From the NCBI GenBank assembly GCA_009103225.1, contig RHPI01003389.1, positions 663,162 to 727,161 of the forward strand: a stretch of DNA of 64,000 nucleotides, given 5' to 3'. The notes under the pieces are model-generated. The model saw nothing but the letters and a program-made list of their open reading frames with translations. It did no database searches and was not told the DNA's origin. Below are positions 1 to 10,269 of the stretch, piece after piece; within the stretch, counting starts at the first letter, position 1; each line of letters begins with the position of its first letter. The position numbers and the translations under genes were made by a program. The DNA comes from Chlorokybus atmophyticus. Taxonomy: Eukaryota > Plantae > Mesostigma and Chlorokybus algae.

Positions 1-227
1 GCACGTGCGTGCATGTGTGTGAGTGTGTGCAGCATGTGTAGCATGCAGGTGTGCGCGTGTGTGCAGCAAAGGCAGCATGCAGCATGTGCGTGCATGAGTG
101 TGAGTATGCGCTGCATGTCTGTGCGCGTGTATGTGTGTGCGTTCACATGTGTGTGCAGCACGTGTGCCCGTGTGAGTGAGTGTCTACGTGTGTGAGTTTG
201 TGCGAAACACAGCCTGTTGCAACATAC
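1..227 (-). repeat. Degenerate (TG/GC)n low-complexity tract, the start of an intron of the hAT transposase
   Basis: TG/CG-rich imperfect microsatellite. On the minus strand it follows the donor AAG|GTATGT at 228/227. Confidence 0.7.
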
Positions 228-986
228 CTTTTCAATGGCGTTGATAAGCTCACACGCAACGTAGGCAGCATCTTTCGTGTGACCCTCCGTGTCGACGGCA
301 TCCAAGAACATGATGCCTTTGGGGCTGACTTGTAAGATATTCAGCAAGGGATGTTTCACATGGTCCATCCAACCATCCGATGTGATGGAGCAGCCGGTCT
401 TCGCAATGGAAAACTGCACCTCGCTCATGCGTGCTTCAATCAATCTTTTCTCATTGGCAAGATGACTGGTGCGCAATGTACTGTAGCTGAGTGGGATACC
501 TTGACAGCTAGGTCCATAACGAGCAACAGAGCGCATAGCTTGCTTAAAATACTTGCTTCTACTTAGGTTGAAAGGCAAGCCACCCGCATAAAACATCCAC
601 GCTACATCCGCATCAACTTGGCTTTTGTTGCATGCTCGCAATGCTGTACGAATCACTGGCTGCGTAGATGCAGCAGCTGTGTTTTCACCCTCTACTGACG
701 TGCTGGCATGCAACTTTGCATGCATACGCTTCTTTAATGCAACTGTTTGCTTTTGTCTTTCAACAAGCATAAGTGCAACTTTTAACTCTTTGAGCGCTAA
801 TGGGCATGCAGCAACACCTTCCCCTACCTTGCCCAACAGATGGGCTCTAATTCTTACAACACCACCCAAGAACTCCTTATTACAAAACAGGCACTTGAAC
901 TGCGGATGTCCTCCTGGCGCGCGTGGGGGAGCAATGATCTTCACCTTGTTCCATTCCATAATTGCATCCTTATTGCGCCGCGCCAT
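228..986 (-). CDS. hAT transposase, first exon (BED zinc finger + DUF659-like region), continues off the window
   Basis: Open 253-codon exon missing from the ORF track: MARRNKDAIMEW...FKCLFCNKEFLGGVVRIRAHL (BED finger)...WMFYAGGLPFN...GCSITSDGWMDHVKHPLLNILQVSPKGIMFLDAVDTEGHTKDAAYV...IEK. It contains the first catalytic Asp (SDGW) and ends at a GT donor. Confidence 0.9.
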
Positions 987-1152
987 GCTAGCAAACCCAA
1001 CCCTAGCTACGTGGCGCACCCCTCAACGCTGCAACCGCCGTTAGCACCACCCTGCATTGATGCCACCACCGCCTCCGCCGCCGCCGCCATGCAAATTGAT
1101 TTTGACGCATAGTCAGATACACAACGCCAAACCCTAATTCAGACGTACTTTA

Positions 1153-1216
1153 CGCGTACTTTGCCCGCTGCTGAGTACGGTACTAGTACCGTACTCTGCA
1201 GCGGGCAACGTACGCG
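1153..1216. repeat. 64-bp near-perfect palindrome in the hAT 5' subterminal region
   Basis: cgcgtac-t-ttgcccgctgc-t-gagtacggtact|agtaccgtactc-t-gcagcgggcaa-c-gtacgcg, with two mismatched positions. Confidence 0.9.
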
Positions 1217-2658
1217 GCGAGCGCGTACTGTGCAACTATAAAGATAACTTGCGTAATACGTCGCGACCTCGCTTGGGTGATTTGCCTGGTGCTCACTTAT
1301 CTTGGGCGCCGACCCGCTTATCTCGGCAGCCCTGTCGCGCGACTTTAACATAACATTGGCATAATGGTATTATTTTCTATATTGACAACCCCAACATCGT
1401 CGTAATTATAGCATGATTTACTGTTCCTATTGTTAATTATGCCTACATTCATAGGTAGCATATGCTATACGTATATCACATGCGCTTAGTCACTCACGAG
1501 CAGCAAATGTGACGGCGTGAAGTGCCGATCGACGGTTGTAGTAGCGTCCTCAGCACCGTACGCGTCATGGCAAGTAACGGTCGGATGATGTTCGCCGGCT
1601 GTCCTCCGGTCACTGATAAATCAACTGGCATGTGAAGCTCCAACATGTAGCGCAGCGCTTATGTGATACAATCTACCTCGTCAGAAGAATTCGGTTCAAG
1701 AGAATCAACCCGTTAAGATCATGCATTTGCAAGAGACCAATTGTTCCACAGGTAAATATCATCGGTTAGTGGCATAGTCTCGTACGTAATAAGACTAAAA
1801 AGAAGGCTTGAAATTGATGGTGGGCTCAATCTTGTGATTGGGAATACCTTGTTGCTTGTATGGACATTTCAATATTTTTAACATACATCTGATAAAAAGT
1901 ATTAATTTCCATGTGTAAATTGAAAAATTGTTACAAATAAACAAACCCAGTACATATGCCATGTTAGCAATTGATGACGTGGTTTAGGGTTATCAGTCAA
2001 CACCCCTGCTAGTACGATATAAATTGAACTACCGATAAAAGAATGTATGTGCTCTTAAACGCCAAAAGAATAACCCCGTTAGTGGAATGAAAAGCTCAAA
2101 GATAAGCGGGATTCTGCACGGGGGCAGACTTTATTTGTACATGGCATGAAAGCAATTAGTGGTGCAGCTGATTGGGCGGGCCGGGATTAGGGCACACAAA
2201 CACGTCACGCGCAAGGGCCATCAATGGCCCTTCACATACGGCACCCGCGACTGCCGGGCTGCGCAGTTCGCGGCCTGCCTGCCGCTCATTGGCTAGGCGG
2301 CTAACGGCTACTGGCCTTTCGATCTGTTTTAACAGATCGCGCCCATCCAAAGCACAACCCACGTCTTGCAAGTGCTCACATAACATGCGAGTTAATATCA
2401 CAACATGGTGCACATGTGGCGGCATATTGGCCCACATGACAAGGGCATGTAACATATTGATTAAAGTGGTAGATTAAGTACTCACATTCTTGCCACGTTA
2501 TGTGCGAAGTTATTTGTTGGATAACGCAAAGGTTACATTCCATAAAGTTAGCGGTGCGGCTGATTGGGCACGAGGCGGTGGCCGTCACCAGTGAGTCACC
2601 ACACAAGAATTGTCAGTACAGGCTTAGGCCTGCCACACGCACAATTGGCATCCAAACA

Positions 2659-3035
2659 GCGACGGACGGGACGTAGCTCGACATTGCAGCACAGCATATG
2701 ACGTCATTTGATAGAATATGGTTTGATGTGCTAGTATATCGGATTATATGGCGCGATATGCTCAACAGCATATGAATTGACATTACATATATGGTATCAT
2801 GCGTGCAATGTGATCTGAACTCTGTTAACACAGCGACGTTAATGATCACACGCCATGTCACCGCATCAACAGGCATACAAGGAGCGACGGACGCGACGTA
2901 GCGCAACATTGCAGCACAGCATATGGCGTCACTTGATAAAATATCGTTTGATGTGCTAGCGTACGGCATCATATGGCGCGGTATGCTCAACAGCATATGC
3001 GTTGATACCACACATATGGTATCATGCGTGCAATG
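2659..3035 (+). repeat. Two diverged tandem copies (~225-bp period) of a CATATG-rich repeat
   Basis: gcgacggacg...gcagcacagcatatg...atatggtatcatgcgtgcaatg starts at 2659 and again at 2884. Confidence 0.85.
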
Positions 3036-3069
3036 CAATTCAGTTCAGGTCACAAAAAAAGGATTTTCG

Positions 3070-6000
3070 GTTCCGTCATATTAACTGAGGTTATGTCACA
3101 TATTAACTGCACTCTTTCATCAAGGAACTCAGGACATGTCATGCGACATCGCACCATCACAAGCCATATCATACCATATGGTGTCACGGCAATCGATATG
3201 CCGGCATATGATCTCATATGACGTAATATGATATATATAATATAATAATATAATGGCGCGACATCGCTGGACAACGTGAGTTCCCTGTGCGGCATGTTAA
3301 CAGAGTTCAAGTCAAACTGTAGTTCGTGCGTAATGTGTCATGCATATGATGGGATATCATACGCGCCCGGGCGATATGGTTGGCGACTACTAGTGGTTGA
3401 CGACTACTAGGTAGTACCAAGGCACGAAAACCGAAAAAGTCGCATGCAAGCTCTTCGACGGCAGCGACGCCAAGATTGTCGAGCGTAGCCGCCGCGTTGT
3501 TTCGTTGGTGCGCTGCGTCGCCTACTCATGTCCATGGCGGGTTCTCGGCGTGTTGCCACCTTCGAAAATCACTTCGTACGTTGCATCTATGGCTGCAACC
3601 TCACATGCATACGCAAAGGCTGGATCGCCAGTGTGGGAGTGCAAAACTTCAGGTCTCACTCCACGCGGTAGCGGTAGCGGTATCCACAAGGACGCCTTTA
3701 ATGTATTAACACGCCAACAGCAAGACGACTTGCTAAAGTACTGGTTGGATCTAGTGAGTCCTGCATGCATGGCATGCATTGTTGTTCACGGGGCGAATAG
3801 CAAACTGCTCCACAGCCTGGGAGCCTAACAATGTGCAATGTCACTGTCAATTTACTTTGAGTGCATGTTGTTGTCTTCATGATGGCACATTGGATGGACT
3901 TATGTGGGATTCTAATCATGTTTATGTACTTGTTGCCACTTGGGGTCGGGCTGCAGTGGCACGACACAACTTCAATCCTGCTGTGGGTGCATTTATGCCA
4001 GTTGTTAGAATCCCACATAAGTCTTTGCAGCAAACAACCCCCCTTGCCACCGTCGCTGCATGATGTTCTGCACCATGTTGAAATCTTATACGATCTTAAC
4101 CTCATCGAAGACACTAATGTCAGTGCCTTAACGGTGCCAACATGTACGTGACAACTTCGTGGTGACATCAACAAGTTGATTCAGTGCATGCATCCAAACA
4201 GGTTCTCGTGTGACTCCGTCTAAGTGCCGTAGGAACTTGTCTATGGCGCCTGATACTCCCACCACGTCTCATGTCACTGACGCTAAAACAGGTGATCAAT
4301 GTCATCGTTGCAGAGGTTCCATCCTGATCTTGTGAACTATATGAACGCAGGGGAAGCAATGCCGCGTTTGCCTACTCACCAATTCACACCTGAGCTCATG
4401 CGTGCTGCTATTGACACCTTTAGTGCCAATCTGCTTTGTAAAGTACAAAACAACGCTTGTTTACAAATCGAAGGTAAGGCAAATCGGTTATTGTTTTGAC
4501 ACACACCACTGATGGCATTGTTTGCAAATTTTAAACTGGTTGACGAGAACATAGTCCTTCCCAAGCGCAACCTGAAGCAAGCAGAGCAGCTACGCCAAAA
4601 CCAGACACAGCCTGATCCTCAGATCGCTGCAAAGCTGTTGAAAATGATTAGTGGACTCAATGGTTTGCGTGCAGGCCATGCTGCTGCAGAACAACGCTCT
4701 GCTGACCTGGAGCGTGCATTACACGAGCGTTACAAGAGCGTGCTGAGCATGTCAACATGATAGAAAGCGTTAAAAATGCAGATGCGGCAAGCATCGTGGG
4801 TTTATGCAAGCAGCTTACAGAAGCTCAGCGTAGGGTCTCACAGTTGCAGCAACACAATGAGCGTGATGATGAAAAATTGGTGCATTTGCAATGCCAGATT
4901 GGAGAAGCCGACCAAACGATTGCTGCCCCCAAAAAAAAGGTGTGTGTTCTTGCACTGTTAGATTTTCTAGCAACTGACTCGCTGTTGTAGATCTCGGAGT
5001 TGACAAGCGTCCTGCGTCTTCAAACGGCAAACCAGCAATTTCGTGAGCGCTTTGAACCCAATGGCGTGCAGTTCAAGAGCTTCCAGCAGGAACTGGAAGT
5101 CATCAGAAAGGAGTTGGGCAGCTTGACAAAATACATGTTGAAAGAGATCGAGCTTGACGAACAGGTATTGAACAATTATGACATGTATCAACAAATGCAA
5201 CACTTTGGTGACTGGTTGGTGTACCAGGTATCGCTCCTCAATCGTAGATGTTAAAAGGCAGCAGCAACTGCAACCATACCAAACACTCTAGGAGAAGCTT
5301 TGTACCTACCTCTGCACAGTTGCCCCGTTGCTGCGTGAAGCAGCAACAACCGAAGAAATGCAGCAACATGTGCGCCAGGACTACAAGGACAAGCGCGTGG
5401 TACACAGTGAAGATAACACATGCGGGATCTGCTGCGAGCAGAAGCTCGTTGAAGTGTTGCTACCAATGCCATGTTGCGGAGCTACACCGTGCCGTTAGTG
5501 CTTGAAGAAGCTGCGCATAGGATCTCACCCTCAAGTTGAGTGCCCTTTCTGCCGCTGCTTTCAACTTATTTTTATGTATCGCCCACCACGTGGTGCAGCG
5601 CTCCCCGATTTCCCTGTATATCAACTCAGCAGCAGTGACGATGATGAGGATGTTGATACACACAATACCGGTGCTGCTGGCACTGGGCCTTCGCAGCCAC
5701 CCCTCCCTGACTAGACCTGTAACTCATGGAACCCGTTTTGCCCTTATCGATGCATATGTCAAGTTTGTTAATTAAACAATCTTATGCTCTGTTGTTACCT
5801 GTATGTTTATGTTGTTATGGAACATGCTTGTACAACAACACATGGCCGCACACATTGTGTTACTGCGATATGCAGCATATGGATATTTGACCTAAACTGT
5901 GTTAACTTGACGCACAGGGAACTCACGATGTCCAGCGACGTCGTGCGACATTCTGCCATCACACCATATGATATCATATGCCGGCATATCGGTCGATGTG

Positions 6001-6117
6001 ACACCATATGGTATGATATGGCTTGGTATGGTGCAATGTCGCATGACATGTCGTGAGTTCCTTGCTGAATAAGTTTGACTCATAATGTGACATAAACTCA
6101 ATCAATATGACGGAACT
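3070..6117. repeat. ~240-bp imperfect inverted repeats (3070-3316 and 5886-6117) flanking a 2.6-kb interior
   Basis: The reverse complement of 5886-6117 aligns to 3070-3316 (shared caaggaactc.gacatgtcatgcgacat, caagccatatcataccatatggtgtcac, gtgagttccctgtgcg). No TSD found. Confidence 0.85.
3430..5714 (+). pseudogene. Degenerate spliced gene: unknown N-terminus, long coiled-coil region, C-terminal RING finger
   Basis: Coiled-coil-like pieces at 4512-5254 (LKQAEQLRQ..., LTEAQRRVSQLQQ..., FQQELEVIRKEL). RING pattern CGIC...CCGATPCR*C...CPFC at 5421-5552 has an in-frame TAG at 5496-5498. Several frameshifts and stops. Confidence 0.6.
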
Positions 6118-7226
6118 GGTTGATTTACATTGCTGAGTTAATACACTTACACCACACACCACAGCATACATACATCTATGAAGTTACACCAACACAATTG
6201 TACCACCAATATGCACCCACTTGTATCATATCAACACCAAAGCATGGTGTCGCACAAACTGTCCAACACACATGGTGAATCTCACACAAGCAATAGCTAG
6301 TTTCACACTGTTTTTTTGTTTTTATTGCCAAAACCGCTACCACTATGTCCGTGTGACCAAAATGCTTTGAACCTTGCTGGGTTGCTTTCATCCATATTGT
6401 AACCCTTGCACTCGCGAGAGTCGTATTGGGCGATACCTAGCTTCTAACCAATCTATTCGCGCCTTGCAATGTCCTTCATGCAAAACTTCCGACTGCACTT
6501 GCTCTTCAGAAGGTTTACTGCTATCTAAGTCAGGCAACATTTTCTTAGGCGGGTGTCCACGATGTTCCCTACAATTTATCGGCCTTTGGCTTGGTAAATA
6601 GCCCCTCCAGCTTGTCGGGAGTGATACCCGCTGAGTCACATGCTACCAATTGTTTTGCCAGCAGACGACCAGACGCATCACCTCTAGAGCTACTGGTACG
6701 TGGACGCTTAGAGCCAGGTTCGTCATTGAAAATCTAAGCGTGGAGCCTCTCGAACAGGTCTTTCCCGTCGAAGTCCATGCTGTCAACCAGGTGCATTGTC
6801 AATGTAACGCTCGCCAACATGTTGACTCACAGAGTTCAAGAGGTAGACGATGCCACGTTGTTGCCTGTGTCTGGCTGAGGTGACAATTTCCGACGATGGG
6901 CAGGTGCCTGAGGCAGGTGATGCAACAGGCATGTATGCACAGTGCCGTGCGACTTGACATTTTATCTGGTGTACATTTATAGCAACGTTTGATATAATGC
7001 CAATGTATATCTGCGTGGCAAGGGAAAGGGTCTGCATCGGCAGAGCACCACGTGCTAAACCATGTCGTGATGCGATTGGTGATAGAGATGATGGGATGAC
7101 GGAGATGATTGCATACAAAGCAGCTGGTTGGATGACGGGCGATACGGCAATCACCTGAATGTGCCATGTCATCAAACCGTACAATGTGTACAGTGTGTTC
7201 ATGCAGTTCATGTTACGCGACATGGT

Positions 7227-7478
7227 CCAATATCGTCCAACATGGAACCATATAATGCAATGTTGTGCAACATCGTTCACACATGCTTAAACATCATGCA
7301 ATATGCGTTGATATCAAATAACCGTGCGCAACATTGTACCATATCGCCAAAACCAATATCGTCCAACTTGAAACCATATAATGCAATGTTGTGCAACATC
7401 GATCACACATGCTTAACCATCATGCGATTTGCATTGATATCAAACAACGTTGCGCAACATGGTATCATATTGCCAAAA
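7227..7478 (+). repeat. Two tandem copies of a 126-bp unit just downstream of the Helitron helicase
   Basis: ccaatatcgtccaac...ccaaaa at 7227-7352 and 7353-7478, with scattered substitutions. Confidence 0.9.
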
Positions 7479-7536
7479 TGATGCAACATATGTCACCCCA
7501 CTGCGCAACACTGATTAGACTTACCGGTTATCAACG

Positions 7537-8872
7537 TCAATCCCCAGGAAGGGGCGTCATCTCTTCAAAGCGCAGCAAACGCGTCAACCGTAAATAAGCC
7601 CTGTTTGTCACACGCGACAACGCCACATACCACAATCCAGGAGCAAAAGCATCCTGCATGTGGATAACAGTAATTGTTTGTAGCGTTGCACCTTGACACT
7701 TGTGCACTGTCATTGCATACGCTAGCTGCAAAGGAGACACAGCTTTGTAGTACGTTTTGCCTTGAAACGTTGTTGTTTGCTGTATTGTTCGGCGCATCCA
7801 CATGGATTCTGCCAAGTGATCAAATGTAACTTGTATACTGCTCACAATACCTTTGTGGTATCTGAACTGCGTCACTATTCCCAAAGACCCATTGGCTACA
7901 CCATGTTGCAGTGAAACGTTTTCTAAAACCAACACCTTTGCTCCCTTGGAGACTGAAGGTAATAAGTTGAAACTGGGCTTATGAATCCAGTCGTACAGTT
8001 CGGGCACGTTCACTGCATTAGAAGTATTTTGTATTGACACAATGGCATCGGCTGCAAAATGTTGTCTCACAATCATGCTGTTCAAAGCCAGTGTGTTTTG
8101 TACATATGAACACAATACGGTTGCATCACTTGGTAACTGCTGTAAGTACTCCGAAGTGACCACACAGCAACCTAACGCATTTGCTATCTCTTTTGAACTG
8201 GGTATGCCAGAACGAATCCGAATTACAAATTGAGCAAACGGAGGGTCTGCAGCATAACGCACTGAAATAGAAATAACATATTGCCTACGTAATGGCCATC
8301 TCTGTAATGCAGAAATATGGCATTTATGGCAAACCTGCGATGCGTCTTGGACTTTGTGTCCACAAACTGCTGGCAGTTGCTTGTGGTCACCAACCATTAC
8401 AACGCCGATTGTTTGTAGAAATTCTGGTTCATGAACTTGCTGTAAGCGCAGCATCACTAAGTCAAACAACCGCGATGTCATTATGGAAAACTCGTCAATA
8501 ATAAACACTCGACAATGATGTAACAACTAATACATCATCCATAGCAGTTATAAACCGGAGTTGCTGACCGTTGACATGTATTGCGAAGTTGGAATGTACA
8601 GTTGAAGAAAATGAGCTGAGCCGCAAAGCCGCAGAGCCAGTTGTAGCACTGAGTAAAACATGTATCCCAGCAACGCGCAACTTGTAAGTGATGAATTTGG
8701 TCAAAAATGTTTTGCCTGCTCCTGAAAAATCAGATATTACATGTAGACCAACCGGTGCTGCAATAATACTACTTGCGGTGCGTTCTTGCTGGCTGGTCAA
8801 AGACAAATTGTTCATAAACGCAAACTCCTCAACATTCAAAGTACCTTGAAACATATATAGGCGCTGATACAT
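7537..8872 (-). pseudogene. PIF1-family helicase domain of Helitron RepHel (one frameshift near 8510-8530)
   Basis: Motifs in order: SDFSGAGKT (I, degenerate), ATTGSAA (Ia), STVHS (Ib), IIDEFS (II), VGDHKQLPAV (III), SVRYAADPPF (IV), LAYAMTVHKCQGATL (V), YVALSRV (VI). Confidence 0.92.
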
Positions 8873-10268
8873 CCGAGTCCGTTGTCATAGTTGAAGCTAG
8901 AGATGCAAAATTGGATGATGTTGCTGTTGGATACTGCGTAGTAGGTTCTGGTGTAGTTTAGCTGTCTGTCGGACCAGCTGTAGCTATAGACAAGGCATTA
9001 ATAGCATTATCAGTGGTCTGCATCATGTCGTTCATCATATGGTGAACTTGCTGTAAGCGCAGCATCACTAAGTCAAACAACCGCGATGTCATTATGGAAA
9101 ACTCGTCAATAATAAACACTCGACAATGATGTAACAACTAATACATCATCCATAGCAGTTATAAACCGGAGTTGCTGACCGTTGACATGTATTGCGAAGT
9201 TGGAATGTACAGTTGAAGAAAATGAGCTGAGCCGCAAAGCCGCAGAGCCAGTTGTAGCACTGAGTAAAACATGTATCCCAGCAACGCGCAACTTGTAAGT
9301 GATGAATTTGGTCAAAAATGTTTTGCCTGCTCCTGAAAAATCAGATATTACATGTAGACCAACCGGTGCTGCAATAATACTACTTGCGGTGCGTTCTTGC
9401 TGGCTGGTCAAAGACAAATTGTTCATAAACGCAAACTCCTCAACATTCAAAGTACCTTGAAACATATATAGGCGCTGATACATCCGAGTCCGTTGTCATA
9501 GTTGAAGCTAGAGATGCAAAATTGGATGATGTTGCTGTTGGATACTGCGTAGTAGGTTCTGGTGTAGTTTAGCTGTCTGTCGGACCAGCTGTAGCTATAG
9601 ACAAGGCATTAATAGCATTATCAGTGGTCTGCATCATGTCGTTCATCATATGGTGAACTTGCTGTAAGCGCAGCATCACTAAGTCAAACAACCGCGATGT
9701 CATTATGGAAAACTCGTCAATAATAAACACTCGACAATGATGTAACAACTAATACATCATCCATAGCAGTTATAAACCGGAGTTGCTGACCGTTGACATG
9801 TATTGCGAAGTTGGAATGTACAGTTGAAGAAAATGAGCTGAGCCGCAAAGCCGCAGAGCCAGTTGTAGCACTGAGTAAAACATGTATCCCAGCAACGCGC
9901 AACTTGTAAGTGATGAATTTGGTCAAAAATGTTTTGCCTGCTCCTGAAAAATCAGATATTACATGTAGACCAACCGGTGCTGCAATAATACTACTTGCGG
10001 TGCGTTCTTGCTGGCTGGTCAAAGACAAATTGTTCATAAACGCAAACTCCTCAACATTCAAAGTACCTTGAAACATATATAGGCGCTGATACATCCGAGT
10101 CCGTTGTCATAGTTGAAGCTAGAGATGCAAAATTGGATGATGTTGCTGTTGGATACTGCGTAGTAGGTTCTGGTGTAGTTTAGCTGTCTGTCGGACCAGC
10201 TGTAGCTATAGACAAGGCATTAATAGCATTATCAGTGGTCTGCATCATGTCGTTCATCATATGGTGAA
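8432..10268. repeat. Three apparently identical tandem copies of a 611-bp unit inside the Helitron helicase N-terminus
   Basis: Units start at 8432, 9043 and 9654 and end in TGAA microhomology at 10265-10268. Identical 125-aa ORFs at 8495, 9106 and 9717. Confidence 0.95.
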
Positions 10269-10269
10269 T

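Larger units (their letters stand above)
228..1334 (-). mobile_element. 5' portion of a hAT DNA transposon
   Basis: Minus-strand terminus CAGGGCTGCCGAGATAAG starts at 1334 (a CAGGG start is typical of hAT TIRs). Repeated GATAA(G/C) subterminal motifs. The other end lies outside the window, so the TSD cannot be tested. Confidence 0.7.

Noticed and set aside
1335-1342. tcgcgcga as the hAT 8-bp TSD
   Set aside because: The other end is outside the window, so it cannot be tested.
8495-10094. Three separate small ATPase genes
   Set aside because: They are copies of one frameshifted helicase segment produced by the 611-bp triplication.
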